A DNA stretch of 64,000 bases from Polyangiaceae bacterium. GTDB lineage: Bacteria; Myxococcota_A; Polyangia; Polyangiales; Polyangiaceae. The stretch lies in the NCBI GenBank assembly GCA_033763455.1, contig JANRKO010000089.1:1-64000 (forward strand). Direction: 5' to 3'. Each line of letters starts with the position of its first letter. Within the stretch, counting starts at the first letter, position 1. The notes beneath the pieces were generated by a model that was not told where the DNA came from, searched no databases, and was given only the letters and a program-made list of their open reading frames with translations. This document shows, piece by piece, positions 19,360-29,976 of the stretch. Made by a program: the position numbers and the translations under genes.

Positions 19360-22300
19360 TCAGCTGCAGCCCATGGAGTTGCCACAATTCAGGCACTTGT
19401 AGCAGGCGCCGTTGCGGACGGTGATGTGACCGCAGCCGTCGCATACTGGCGCATCGCCCATCATTTCTTCTAGCTGGGCATCAAGCGAACCATGAGCCTC
19501 TTGGCCGCCACCACCTTGGTGACCGCTTGCGCTCACAAGTGCCAGGCGTTCTGGCTCTGGGAGGGGAGCCTGAACGATATTTTTGTCGGTGGGATCTTCG
19601 ATGGGGAGCTGATCTTCGGCGGGCTTCACCTGCGCGAAATCATAACGCTTGAGATATTCCACTCCGAGGACGCGGAAAATGTAATCCACGATGGAGGTTG
19701 AGAACTTGATGTTCGGATGGCCGCTAACAACACCATGCGGCTCAAAGCGAGTGAACGTGAATTGCTCCACGAACTGCTCCAGTGGCACACCATACTGGAG
19801 GCCGATCGAAACCGACATGGCAAAGCAGTTCATGAGGGAGCGGAACGCCGCGCCTTCCTTGTGCATATCGATGAAGATCTCGCCTAACGTGCCGTCTTCG
19901 TATTCGCCGGTGCGCAAGAATACCTTGTGGCCACCCACGTGGGCTTCTTGCGTGAAGCCGCGGCGCTTCTTGGGCAAACGCACGCGATTTCCCTGGGGTT
20001 GGGTGGGAACAATAGCCGCAGAGCTCACTTTGAGCGCTTGCGCGGTAGTTGCTGCCGTGCCTTCAGCTTTCTCTTTGTCTGCCTTGGTGTCGCTCGTGGA
20101 GAGCGGCTGAGAGGCTTTGCATCCGTCGCGGTAGAGAGCTACAGCTTTCAGGCCGAGCTTCCAACCTTCTACGTAGATCTGGCGAACGTCTTCCACGGTG
20201 GCTTCGTTCGGCAAATTCACGGTCTTGCTGATAGCACCGGACAAGAACGGCTGAGCCGCCGCCATCATCTTCACGTGCGCCATGGGGGCGAGGAAGCGTT
20301 GGCCTGTTTTACCGCAGCGATTAGCACAATCGAACACAGCCTGGTGTTCAGGGAGCAAGCCGGGAGCGCCTTCGATGGTCATGCGCCCGACGATCACGTC
20401 GTTTGCCTTTTCTATCTGCGCTTCGGTAAACCCAAGGTGCTTGAGCAAGCTAAAGCCCGGCTTGCTCATCTTCTCGGGTGTAACACCGAGGCGAGCGTAC
20501 GTTTCTTTGCCCACGACCCACGGAGCGAACGCCATGCCCAGATCGAACACGCCCACGAGCGCGCTTTCCACCTTCGCCAGATCTTCGTCGGTGAAGCCTT
20601 TTTCACGCAGCGAGACCCGATTGATTTCAGGCGCTCCAAGCAAAGTATTCGTGCCCGAAACGAAGGCTACAATTTCGCAAATTTGGGTTTCTGTGTAGCC
20701 GAGGCGCCGCAAAGCTTCTGGCACCGATTGATTCACGATCTTGAAGTAACCGCCGCCGGCTAGCTTCTTGAACTTCACCAACGCAAAATCTGGCTCGATA
20801 CCGGTCGTATCGCAGTCCATCAGGAGGCCGATGGTGCCGGTGGGGGCAAGCACGGTGGATTGGGCATTTCTGAAGCCGTAATTTTCACCCAGCTGGACAA
20901 CATTGTCCCAATCCTCACACGCTGCGCGCCAGAGAATTTCTGGGCACTCGTCGCGATTGATCGCGTACGCGGCTTCTTGATGCATGCGCATCACCTTCAA
21001 CATCGGCTCACGGTTCTTGTAGTAGCCAGGGAAGGGCCCCTTCGAGCGCGCCATGTTGGCGCTGGCAACGTACGCGTGCCCGCAAAGAATGGAAGTAAGC
21101 GCTCCTGCAATAGAGCGGCCTTTGTCCGAATCGTAAGGTACGCCCAGAAGCATGAGCATGGTGCCAAGGTTGGCATAGCCGAGCCCAAGCGGACGATAAT
21201 CGTGGGAATTTTTAGCGATGCCCTGGGTGGGGTAGCTCGAAAGATCAACCAGGATTTCCTGGGCCGTGAAGAACACGTCCACCGCGTGGCGATAGCCCTC
21301 TACGTCGAACTCACCCTTCTCGTTCAGGAACTTGATGAGATTGAGCGACGCCAGATTGCAGGCGGAATCATCGAGGAACATGTATTCCGAACACGGATTG
21401 GAGGCGTTGATGGGGCCCGTGTTGGGGCAGGTGTGCCAGCGATTAATGGTGGTGTCGTATTGGACGCCCGGATCCGCACAGTTCCAAGCTGCTTCTGCAA
21501 CTGTCGTCCAGAGCTCGGAGGCGTCGTAAGTATCGATGACTTCACCCGTGGTGCGTGAAGTGGTGTTCCACTTGCCACCGCCCAGCGCCGCGCGCATGAA
21601 ATCATCGGTGACGCGAATGGAGTTGTTGGAGTTTTGCCCACCGATGGTCTTGTAGGCTTCTCCGTTGAAATCCGCCTCGTAACCTGCGGCGATAAGAGCG
21701 CGTGCTTTCTTTTCCTCGCGCACCTTCCAGGTGACAAAATCTAAGATTTCAGGGTGATCCATATCGAGGCACACCATTTTGGCGGCGCGCCGGGTGGTGC
21801 CGCCGCTCTTGGTGGCGCCAGCTGCGCGATCGAAAACTTCCAGAAAGCTCATGAGCCCGCTGGAGGTGCCGCCGCCCGAGAGCTTTTCCTGCTTGCCGCG
21901 AATGGAACTGAAATTGCTGCCCGTGCCGGAGCCATACTTAAAGAGCCGCGCCTCGTTCTTGATGAGCTCGTAGATCCCCATCAAATCGTCGGCGACGGCT
22001 TGGATAAAGCAGGCAGAACACTGTGGCCTCGAATAGGCGTTCGCCGTTTCCGTGATGGTATCTGTTGCTGGGTTCCAAGCCCAGTTCCCGCCTGAGCCTT
22101 CAATGCCGTACTGATGATAGAGCCCACAGTTGAACCAAACGGGTGAGTTGAAGGCGCCGTATTGGTGGCAGAGCATCCAGGTGAGCTCATCTTCGAAGGT
22201 TTGCGCATCTGCGGCAGTTTCGAAGTAGCCTCCAAAATCCTCACCGGCTTTGCGGATCGTTTTGGAGATGCGCTCCACCACCTGGCGCACGCTCGTTTCG

Positions 22301-22608
22301 CCCTTGTTCTTGTCTCCGTGCAATCCTGCTTTACGGAAATACTTCGACACGACGATGTCTGTGGCGAGCTGAGACCATTGAGCTGGGATCTCGACGCCTT
22401 CCATCTTGAAGACAACCGAACCGTCAGGATTGGTGATCACGCTTTGGCGACGCTCCCAAACGGTGGAGCGCAGCGGATCTTCTCCAGCTTGAGTGAAACG
22501 TCGGCGAAATGTAACGCCGGCGTGCTTCTCGGTTGGAGCGGCCTTGCGGCGGCCTTCGTTGCTCTTCACGCCATTCTCCTGACCCACGATCGTCGACTGC
22601 GCCATCAA
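19360..22608 (-). CDS. nrdJ: Class II (adenosylcobalamin-dependent) ribonucleotide reductase with fused TSCPD-like domain and C-terminal Zn ribbon
   Basis: [42 protein letters not shown] and SGAISKTVN motifs; C-terminal [17 protein letters not shown]. Confidence 0.96.
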   Translation of the reverse strand: MMAQSTIVGQENGVKSNEGRRKAAPTEKHAGVTFRRRFTQAGEDPLRSTVWERRQSVITNPDGSVVFKMEGVEIPAQWSQLATDIVVSKYFRKAGLHGDKNKGETSVRQVVERISKTIRKAGEDFGGYFETAADAQTFEDELTWMLCHQYGAFNSPVWFNCGLYHQYGIEGSGGNWAWNPATDTITETANAYSRPQCSACFIQAVADDLMGIYELIKNEARLFKYGSGTGSNFSSIRGKQEKLSGGGTSSGLMSFLEVFDRAAGATKSGGTTRRAAKMVCLDMDHPEILDFVTWKVREEKKARALIAAGYEADFNGEAYKTIGGQNSNNSIRVTDDFMRAALGGGKWNTTSRTTGEVIDTYDASELWTTVAEAAWNCADPGVQYDTTINRWHTCPNTGPINASNPCSEYMFLDDSACNLASLNLIKFLNEKGEFDVEGYRHAVDVFFTAQEILVDLSSYPTQGIAKNSHDYRPLGLGYANLGTMLMLLGVPYDSDKGRSIAGALTSILCGHAYVASANMARSKGPFPGYYKNREPMLKVMRMHQEAAYAINRDECPEILWRAACEDWDNVVQLGENYGFRNAQSTVLAPTGTIGLLMDCDTTGIEPDFALVKFKKLAGGGYFKIVNQSVPEALRRLGYTETQICEIVAFVSGTNTLLGAPEINRVSLREKGFTDEDLAKVESALVGVFDLGMAFAPWVVGKETYARLGVTPEKMSKPGFSLLKHLGFTEAQIEKANDVIVGRMTIEGAPGLLPEHQAVFDCANRCGKTGQRFLAPMAHVKMMAAAQPFLSGAISKTVNLPNEATVEDVRQIYVEGWKLGLKAVALYRDGCKASQPLSTSDTKADKEKAEGTAATTAQALKVSSAAIVPTQPQGNRVRLPKKRRGFTQEAHVGGHKVFLRTGEYEDGTLGEIFIDMHKEGAAFRSLMNCFAMSVSIGLQYGVPLEQFVEQFTFTRFEPHGVVSGHPNIKFSTSIVDYIFRVLGVEYLKRYDFAQVKPAEDQLPIEDPTDKNIVQAPLPEPERLALVSASGHQGGGGQEAHGSLDAQLEEMMGDAPVCDGCGHITVRNGACYKCLNCGNSMGCS

Positions 22609-22981
22609 TTGCCTCCTCAGACTTGGTTCAACTCAAACACTTTATTTAGATTAAGAATCCCACCCAAACACACATATACAGACCTGAGCAGAACCCTAGA
22701 CAAAGGGCTCCCGGACCATCATCCACTCGGCCAAATAGGCTTCCTGGCTAGGCTCCGGCGGCTCGCGTCCCCCGAGGACGCTCGCCCTGCTCGGTACTCC
22801 CTCGGGCCGAGCCTTCCTCCCCGGGGGTATGACCGAGAGACGAGAGGCGGGGCGGGGAGTGGGTTGCTGCTGCTCTCTTTTTCTGACCTCAGGTGAAGAT
22901 AAGTTCAGTACCGCATCTTCGTTTTACCATCAAGCCCTGACCTTACGTGCAGTGACAGAACTCCATGGTACATCCCTGATA

Positions 22982-23028
22982 CCCCAATCACTTGGGGTTG
23001 GGCAAGCTAAAACCACTACAAATGGTGC
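22982..23028. promoter_or_regulatory. Tandem NrdR-like boxes upstream of nrdJ
   Basis: CCCCAATCACTTGGGG (22982-22997) and CCACTACAAATGGTGC (23013-23028) fit the NrdR pattern nnnCwAnnnnTwGnnn with at most one mismatch and start 31 bp apart. Confidence 0.72.
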
Positions 23029-23221
23029 TCCGACCCTAACCCTTGATCCTTACTGAACTTTCGGCACCCTGAACACAATTTGCCCACCCATTTGCCCCGG
23101 GGTGGGCACAGCTCATCCCCAGGTACCACACACTGGCCAGGTGGCCGCAGTGCAAAGCGGCCCCAAGGCCAGCGCTGCGAAGCTTCTTGGAGAGTCCGGG
23201 GAGAGCCCGGGCCTGGCGGAT

Positions 23222-23989
23222 TTAGGGGAGCGGCAACGTCCCGGAGACCACACTTGGGCCCGGAAAATCGAACCCAATTGGGTCAGTGCAGACAACCCTC
23301 TCAGCGGCCACGCACTCAGCACCATTTTGAGTTTCCGTGAGCGGCATACACATCTTTGCAAAGAAGCGACCGCGCGCGACGCAGCTTTTCTCTTGGCAAA
23401 CATTGTTGCTGCAGGTGTTAGCCAGGAACTGCGATCCGTCCCACTCAAACGCAACACCTTTTGCCGGGAGCGAGGTGTTTACGCAGGTGGAAGCGGAGCA
23501 GGCCATCTTCTGGCATTGGTCGCAGGTTACGGCTCCGCAAGGCAGGCTCGTGACAATGCTGACCCCTTCGCTGGTGGTGATTTCAAGCCAACCCACTGAG
23601 CACGAACTCTGGCAGTAGGTTCCAGCCGGCGCGGCCACAGGTGGCATCAGGCGCAGCGTTACTTTCCCTTCGGCGCAAGCCTCACGCCCCGCCCCACCTG
23701 AAGCGTTTCCCCCGCCGCCTGCAGCACTTTTGGCTCCACCCGTTGCATTGCCAGGGCCCTCCGTACTTGTCGCGCCGCCGGTGCCCGAAATACCGCTCCC
23801 CGCGCCTGTCAGGGGTGCTCCACCGGGAGGAACCGTGGGGAGAACGCCGGGAGCCACGAGGTTGGCCATGGCGGAGCCGCCGGAGCCATCCGCTGAGCCA
23901 TCCGCTGCATGGAACTCAGCCCCGCACGCCACCAGGGCGAGCGAGGGGAGGACCGAAACGAAGGCACGGAACAACGTCATGCGCGACAA
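23222..23989 (-). CDS. Hypothetical lipoprotein, Gly-rich linker and Cys-rich C-terminal domain
   Basis: Lipobox ALVAC; G/S/T linker; numerous Cys. Confidence 0.75.
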   Translation of the reverse strand: MSRMTLFRAFVSVLPSLALVACGAEFHAADGSADGSGGSAMANLVAPGVLPTVPPGGAPLTGAGSGISGTGGATSTEGPGNATGGAKSAAGGGGNASGGAGREACAEGKVTLRLMPPVAAPAGTYCQSSCSVGWLEITTSEGVSIVTSLPCGAVTCDQCQKMACSASTCVNTSLPAKGVAFEWDGSQFLANTCSNNVCQEKSCVARGRFFAKMCMPLTETQNGAECVAAERVVCTDPIGFDFPGPSVVSGTLPLP

Positions 23990-24086
23990 TTAACACCCTA
24001 GCGCCAAAAGTAGTCGGCGTCGAACCTTCGAGCTGTCGTTCTATGTTTGACGCTAAGCGCCAATGACAGCTGTTTGCATCTCGGGA

Positions 24087-25655
24087 TTATTGGGGCACGT
24101 CGAGTGTGACATTTGGATCATGGGGCACGATGACTTGCGTGGCGAAGTCCTTTTCCGGATCCACCACGTTGACCTTGCCAAAGTGAGCAAGCGGCTTCGC
24201 AATCCGTTCAGCGTCGCCGGCAACTACTACAATCGTTCGCCCAGGTACGTAGAAGCGTGCGGCTGCCTGCTGAACGCTGGTGGCGTTGAGCTCTCGGACC
24301 TGTTGCCGATAGCGGTCGTAGTAGTCGTCTGGCAGGCCCAAAACCGCCAGATGAGCCGTAAGCTCCGCCACTGTCCCGATGGTTTCGAGTTGGATGAGGA
24401 AGCTGTCGGAGAGGTACTGGGAAGACGTTTGCATTTCGGCCGCAGTAGGCGGCGTTTGGCCGAGCTCGTTGAAGTGTTCCAAAAGCGCGGCTACCGCATG
24501 CGGCGTCTTGGCGGTCTGCGTTCCCGCGGCCAGGATCACCGGAACCGGGCCGTGCGCGAGCTCAGCCAGATCCGAATAGGTGCTGTAAGCAAGGGAGCGC
24601 TGCTCGCGCACATCGAGAAAGAGGCGTCCCGAAACGCCGCCGCCCAAGATCTGATCTGCCATGGCGACCGCCGCCCATTCGTTGCTCCCGCGCTCTGGCC
24701 CGAGTGTGGCCACACGAATTTCGCTTTGGCTTGCACCGGGGCGATTGGCAATCCACACCGAGACATCTTCGGGGAGGTTCGGCCGGGTGAAGTTCGGCGA
24801 GGCGGGGGCAACGCCTTTCCACGTTTTGAACCACTTGCTTGCCAGCTGTTCGAGTACGGCAGGATCCGCGTCGCCTGCGACGACGAGTTTTGAATTTTGG
24901 GGCGTTACGTTGGATTTGTACCAACGCTTGCAGTCGGCCAAGGTCAGGCTTTTGAGCGTTTTGGGGCTCGCATCAAACTCCGAATAGGCATGTGTGCCCT
25001 GCGGCAGCCTAAAAAGCTCACGGTACATGAGCATGCTGGCTGACCACCCACCGCTGCCTTTGGCGGAGCTTTGGACACGCTCAATCTCACGCTCCTTGAG
25101 CTTCTTGAATTCGGTAGGGTCAAAGCGCGGGGCCGTTGCCACCGCTGCTAGCAGCTCAAGCGCCGCGTCCAGGTTGTGCCGCGTTACCGAGAGGGAGATC
25201 TGTGTCTTATCTCGGCTGGTTGCCACGTTGAGATCCGAGCCCAAGGCTTCGGCTCGTTCCACGAGCTCTCGACTCGAGAACTTGCCAGCTCCACCTGCCT
25301 TGAGGAGCTCGCCCGAAATTCCCGCGAGCCCAGCTTTGCCGCCGTCAGTGGCTACTCCGGAGCCAATTACTAAGCGAAGCTCGACGATCGGAAACCTGCC
25401 GTGGCGCACGGTGCGTAGCTCCAGCCCGTTCTCCAGCTTGCGATGGTCGATCGTTGGGAACTTGATGTCTGCGGCGATCCCGCGCGGTGGAGGGCTTGCA
25501 AACTCGTCGGCTGTCGGCGCTGGCACCCCAGGTGCGGCGGGTGCCGGCGTTGCCAGCGGTGCAGCAGGTGGCGGAGCGTTATGACACTCCAGACTGAGAA
25601 ATGAGAGAAATGCGGCCAAAAATGGCGCGCCCTGGGAAAGTTTGCGGTGCATCAC
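24087..25655 (-). CDS. M16 peptidase family protein, non-catalytic subunit, probably exported
   Basis: LENGL, ILGGGVSGRLFLDVREQRSLAY; the HxxEH position is replaced by GISGEL. Confidence 0.88.
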   Translation of the reverse strand: MMHRKLSQGAPFLAAFLSFLSLECHNAPPPAAPLATPAPAAPGVPAPTADEFASPPPRGIAADIKFPTIDHRKLENGLELRTVRHGRFPIVELRLVIGSGVATDGGKAGLAGISGELLKAGGAGKFSSRELVERAEALGSDLNVATSRDKTQISLSVTRHNLDAALELLAAVATAPRFDPTEFKKLKEREIERVQSSAKGSGGWSASMLMYRELFRLPQGTHAYSEFDASPKTLKSLTLADCKRWYKSNVTPQNSKLVVAGDADPAVLEQLASKWFKTWKGVAPASPNFTRPNLPEDVSVWIANRPGASQSEIRVATLGPERGSNEWAAVAMADQILGGGVSGRLFLDVREQRSLAYSTYSDLAELAHGPVPVILAAGTQTAKTPHAVAALLEHFNELGQTPPTAAEMQTSSQYLSDSFLIQLETIGTVAELTAHLAVLGLPDDYYDRYRQQVRELNATSVQQAAARFYVPGRTIVVVAGDAERIAKPLAHFGKVNVVDPEKDFATQVIVPHDPNVTLDVPQ

Positions 25656-27157
25656 TTGGAGGCCTTTCGAGCGGGAACAACATCGACCACGGTTCGCTTC
25701 TCCCTGATTAACATCTGAGCCGCCGCGCGCTGAACATCAGCGGGGGTAACCTTCAGGTATCCTTCGAGCTCACGGGTGAGGATCTTCGCGTCTCCCCAGA
25801 TCGACTCGTATTCACCAAGACGGATGGCACGCTGCCCGTTTGGCTGGAGGCCGAAGATGAATTGCGTGCGGAGCCGGTTGACGGCGCGGGCCAGCTCATT
25901 GGCAGTTGGTCCGGATTTTTGCAGTTGAGCAATGTGATCGTCGATAGCGCGTTGCACGTCTGGGAGCTTGGCGGTTTCGGTGAGAATTGCCTGAAGCTGA
26001 AGCATGTCTTGTCCCGGGCGATCGGTGGTCCAGGCGCTGACGCTCTGAGCAAGGGACTTTTCAAGCACTAGATCTCGATAAAGCCTAGAGCTCTCTCCAT
26101 CTGTGAGCACAAGCGCCAGAAGTTCAATCGCGTAGTGTTCTGGAGAATGGGTGGGGGCGATGGGCCAGGAGTAATAGAAGCCCGGCGTCTTGATGTTTTG
26201 GTCTTCGACTTGTTCGCGACGCTCGGCCTTCTGCTCGGGCATGGGAGGGAACTGAAACTTCGGCAGATTCGCTACTGGTTTGGCGTCCCCAAAGTAATGC
26301 CGCACGAGCTCCACTGCTTGATCGGCATCGAAGTTGCCGGCGATGGTGAGAACCGCGTTGTTCGGTGCGTAGTAGCGTTGGTGAAAAGCGAGCACCCACT
26401 CGAACTTAGCATTATCGAGATCTTCCATTGAGCCGATCGTGGAATGCTCGTACGGGAAGTAGCCTTGGTAAGCGAGCTCTTCCAGGCGAATATGCCCCAT
26501 TCGGTAGGGGGCACTGGCCACGCGCATGCGGTATTCTTCTTGAACCACCTTGCGTTGATTCTCGAAATTCTCAGGTGTTACGTCGAGCCACTTGAGCCTA
26601 TCCGCTTCCAACCAAAGGCCAAGGGCAAGCTCACTGCTGGGCAATACTTCGTAATAATTGGTTCGATCTGTGGACGTTGTCCCATTCATGGTACCACCGC
26701 GAGCGGCGATTTCGGTGAAGTGTTCACCCTTTTTCACGTGACGACTTCCTTGAAACATCATGTGTTCGAAGAGGTGAGCAAACCCACTGCGCCCCTTTTC
26801 TTCGTTCCTCGAACCCACGCCGTAGGTCATGGAGACGGCAACTGTGGGGAAGGTGGTGTCGACATTTAGTACAACCCGAAGGCCGTTTTCGAGCGTCAAG
26901 CGTTGGATCGACAGCCCGAGCTCGGCCATGGCCTTGAGCGCCGGATCTTCTGATTCTTCTGCTTTGGCTACTCCCACATTGACTGCAGGTTTCGCCGGTG
27001 GGGCGGCTGTGGAGGCGTCCGGGGGCGGCGTTGAGGGCAGGGGAGCTGCGGCCAGGTGCGCTGAGTAGCCCAGTGTGAGGCCTAGCACGCCGACTAGGGT
27101 GAGCGTTGAGGAGTGTGTTCGCATAGCCAGGAGGTCCTTCTCTTGGCCTTCTAGCAA
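25652..27157 (-). CDS. M16 zinc peptidase, catalytic subunit
   Basis: GFAHLFEHMMFQGS (HxxEH), NGTTSTDRTNY and YYAPNNA motifs; N-terminal signal, true start probably slightly downstream. Confidence 0.92.
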   Translation of the reverse strand: MLEGQEKDLLAMRTHSSTLTLVGVLGLTLGYSAHLAAAPLPSTPPPDASTAAPPAKPAVNVGVAKAEESEDPALKAMAELGLSIQRLTLENGLRVVLNVDTTFPTVAVSMTYGVGSRNEEKGRSGFAHLFEHMMFQGSRHVKKGEHFTEIAARGGTMNGTTSTDRTNYYEVLPSSELALGLWLEADRLKWLDVTPENFENQRKVVQEEYRMRVASAPYRMGHIRLEELAYQGYFPYEHSTIGSMEDLDNAKFEWVLAFHQRYYAPNNAVLTIAGNFDADQAVELVRHYFGDAKPVANLPKFQFPPMPEQKAERREQVEDQNIKTPGFYYSWPIAPTHSPEHYAIELLALVLTDGESSRLYRDLVLEKSLAQSVSAWTTDRPGQDMLQLQAILTETAKLPDVQRAIDDHIAQLQKSGPTANELARAVNRLRTQFIFGLQPNGQRAIRLGEYESIWGDAKILTRELEGYLKVTPADVQRAAAQMLIREKRTVVDVVPARKASK

Positions 27158-27202
27158 GTGGCGGTGCTGGACTCCACCAGCGAGCCCCCTAAAAAGATAT
27201 GA

Positions 27203-28720
27203 TTAGTTGAGGCCCTGCCAGGCGGAACCGTAGGCGTGCACCAACGCCTGGGTGTTGAGGCGGTTCGGCACAGCGGCTACTGCCTGCATATCTGCCGGGA
27301 ACTCAAACAACGACGTGAGCGTTCCGGGTGTGAGGAAACGGAGTTGCGCCGGGGGTGGCGCATGTTGTTCTAGTGGGTGAGCGCTAGCCAGCACAAACCC
27401 CCACTCGCCAAATGACGGAACATACGCATGGTAGGGGAGAACCTGTAGGCCGGCGGCCCGCAGTGTTTCAACGATACACCAGTAGGCTTTCCGCGCAAAC
27501 AATGGCGAAGTGGCCTGCACCACGAATGCCCCGTGAGGCGTGAGCCGTGAGCTCAGCTGTCGATAGAAGAACTCCGTGTAGAGCTTACCTAGGCTGTAGC
27601 TTGTGGGATCGGGGAAATCCACGATTGCCGCGTCAAAGCGCAGGTTCGTTTGCTGGAGCCAAATGATGGCATCTTCGTTGACTACAGTCACCCGACGGTC
27701 GTGCAAGGAGCGGAGGTTGAGCCCCGTGAGCCGCGGATCGGAGGAAAAGAGCTCTGTCATCCGTGGATCCAGATCGACCAGCACCACGCGCTCCACACCG
27801 GGCCACTTTAGAACTTCGCGCAATGCCAGACCATCCCCACCACCAGCTATCAATATTGAATGATGTACAGCAGAATACATGAGCGCGGGGTGCGCGAGGG
27901 CCTCGTGATAGATGTATTCGTCCTCTGAGGAGAATTGCAGATTGCCATTGAGGTGCAGGTTGAGCACCTTCCCACGTTCGGTGAGGGCGATGCGTTGGTA
28001 GGCGGTTTGCTCGGTGGAAATGAGATTTTGGCCCCGATAGAAGCGGCTTTCCACCATAGCCATGAACGGGTTGGCCCAAAAAGCCGCAGCTCCGAGCAGA
28101 CAGAGCACGCATAAGGCCTGCAGTGTGGCGCGTTGTTGAGACTTTTTTTCCAGGATCAGGGAGCGAGCTCCGAACCATCCCACCAGGGCGTTCAGCGCGC
28201 CGCACAAGATGGAGCTCTGTACCAAGCCGAGGGTTGGAAACAACCAAAGCGAGAATGCGAGCGAGCCGACAAGTGAGCCCACGTAGTCGAAGGTCAATGC
28301 CCGCGAAATCAGCTCGCGGAAATCGAGCGTGTCTTTCAACAAACGGAGCATGATGGGCAGCTCCAAGCCCACCAGGATGCCCACGGTGAGTACCAGGCCG
28401 TACAATACAAACCCAAAAGCTTGAGCGTAGGCAAAGGCTACGAACAGCAGAGGAGCGGATAGCCCACCAATGAGCCCGCAGGCAAGCTCCACCTGCACGA
28501 ACACGCGCTCGAGATTTTCCTCGACAAAGCGCGAAAGGTAAGCACCCGCCCCGAGTGCCGAAAGGTAGACACCAATTACCAGGGAAAACTGCACCACACT
28601 GTCACCCAAGAGGTAACTTGCGACGGCGGCCATCACCAGCTCATAGATCAATCCCGTGGTGGCGATGACCAAGATCATCGCCAGAACTAGCCAACTGGGT
28701 GGTGCTTTAGGGGTGGTCAC
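27203..28720 (-). CDS. speE: Membrane-fused polyamine aminopropyltransferase (spermidine synthase-like)
   Basis: Multi-TM N-terminus (GLIYEL...GLELP); LNGNLQFSSEDEYIYHE, GGGDGLALRE and VDFPDP motifs. Confidence 0.85.
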   Translation of the reverse strand: MTTPKAPPSWLVLAMILVIATTGLIYELVMAAVASYLLGDSVVQFSLVIGVYLSALGAGAYLSRFVEENLERVFVQVELACGLIGGLSAPLLFVAFAYAQAFGFVLYGLVLTVGILVGLELPIMLRLLKDTLDFRELISRALTFDYVGSLVGSLAFSLWLFPTLGLVQSSILCGALNALVGWFGARSLILEKKSQQRATLQALCVLCLLGAAAFWANPFMAMVESRFYRGQNLISTEQTAYQRIALTERGKVLNLHLNGNLQFSSEDEYIYHEALAHPALMYSAVHHSILIAGGGDGLALREVLKWPGVERVVLVDLDPRMTELFSSDPRLTGLNLRSLHDRRVTVVNEDAIIWLQQTNLRFDAAIVDFPDPTSYSLGKLYTEFFYRQLSSRLTPHGAFVVQATSPLFARKAYWCIVETLRAAGLQVLPYHAYVPSFGEWGFVLASAHPLEQHAPPPAQLRFLTPGTLTSLFEFPADMQAVAAVPNRLNTQALVHAYGSAWQGLN

Positions 28721-28938
28721 CCCGAGATGCCGGCGGCGATGATAATACTGAGCCCGAGGATGACGGCTCCGATCAAGATCGCCAGGGCCACGTTTTGATC
28801 AGTCTCAATCTCTTTGCGGATAGAAAACGGGGTAAGCTTCTGGATCAGCAGAAAGCTCAGCAAAAACAACACAACCCCGAGTGCCGAGTAAGCCAAAGAG
28901 GCCAAGAGCGCATGGGTGAAGCCAGACCAGTTGATCAT
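28717..28938 (-). CDS. DUF350 small membrane protein
   Basis: LTPFSIRKEIETDQNVALAIL pattern, two TM helices; GGAG upstream of ATG 28938; overlaps the speE start. Confidence 0.85.
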   Translation of the reverse strand: MINWSGFTHALLASLAYSALGVVLFLLSFLLIQKLTPFSIRKEIETDQNVALAILIGAVILGLSIIIAAGISG

Positions 28939-29124
28939 CTTGAGATACTCCGCAAAGGACAGCGAAACTTCTAGCACGCACGGGCACCGGGCTTCGAGTC
29001 GCTTAAGGCAGGCGCCGGGGGCCGCTAATATTTGGGGGGATTGACCCGGGGGCTTCGGCTATGAGCTTATACAAGCCGAATTGCCCCGGCTCTCGGGCTA
29101 CCCTTATCTTAATACGGCCGATTC

Positions 29125-29943
29125 ATGCTGGTACTGCTCGCTCCTGACTTTGACGGCTCCCCTACAGGCTATCAACGCCTCGCCCAGCTCACTGGGCTCG
29201 TTGCGTACGATCTCAAGAATAAGCTGCGCCCGGGGAGCTGGGGTTTGGTGAGGGCCCTCGGTGACGTAGCGCAGGCGGAAGACCTCACTCAGAAGCTTCG
29301 TTCAGAGGGATTCAACGCAGTGCTGGTGGATCCCGAGTTGGCGCATGACGCCGAACGAAAGATTGTGAAGCTGGATGCACTTGAGCTAAAGGCCGACCAC
29401 TTGGTGCTGTATGTGCGCGGTCGCAGCATGGAGATCCCGTACCAAGCCATTCTGACGATCGTGCGTGGTGAAGTGCGCCCCGGCAGGCAGCAGCCTCGGA
29501 CGGGGACGAGCAGCAGTAGCTCTATGAGGGCGTTGGCGCCTTCTGCCGCAGAGGTTGCCGTGTTTCGCGAGACCATGAACATTGGCGGGGAAGAGGCGTA
29601 TGCCGGGGCAGATCTTCACTTCCACACGGTGCTTTGGGTCGCTCGTATTGACGCGCGTGGCTTCGATTTTTCGGCCATTTCAATGCCCACCGGCAATCTC
29701 TCCACCGATCTCAAGCGCCTTTCGGAGCTGATCGCAGAGCGTGCGCATGTACGCGTCGACGATAGTATCCGAAAGTCGAGCGTGGCCTCTTTTGCGGGCC
29801 GTCCACCGCCAATGCGCAGCATGAGCTTGCCTCCGGGCGCCACTGCTAGAAGTGAAGAAAAGGACGACTACCAGTTTACAGCCTATTCACGCCTGATCGC
29901 AGAAGCCGAGCGCCGCCTAAAACTTCCCACGTCAGCTCGTTAG
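29125..29943 (+). CDS. Hypothetical protein
   Basis: 272-aa ORF with protein-like composition, divergent from DUF350; no family recognised. Confidence 0.7.
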   Translation: MLVLLAPDFDGSPTGYQRLAQLTGLVAYDLKNKLRPGSWGLVRALGDVAQAEDLTQKLRSEGFNAVLVDPELAHDAERKIVKLDALELKADHLVLYVRGRSMEIPYQAILTIVRGEVRPGRQQPRTGTSSSSSMRALAPSAAEVAVFRETMNIGGEEAYAGADLHFHTVLWVARIDARGFDFSAISMPTGNLSTDLKRLSELIAERAHVRVDDSIRKSSVASFAGRPPPMRSMSLPPGATARSEEKDDYQFTAYSRLIAEAERRLKLPTSAR

Positions 29944-29976
29944 CCTGGTAGCGTGCGAGAGGCTTCGGCCTGGCCC

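Noticed and set aside
19927..21558. Long + strand ORFs antisense to nrdJ (likewise 41096-42031, 24063-24893, 59556-60320 and 62826-63674)
   Set aside because: Shadow ORFs expected opposite GC-rich genes; no recognisable motifs.
19360..22608. Intein or intron in nrdJ as the cause of its length
   Set aside because: No intein splice motifs seen; the length fits the internal insertion plus the fused C-terminal domain and Zn ribbon.
22735..22755. Cobalamin riboswitch upstream of nrdJ (minus strand AGCCAGGAAGCCT resembles a B12 box)
   Set aside because: The upstream conserved GGGAA / GGTG.AA.TCC / CCCGC.ACTGT elements are absent.
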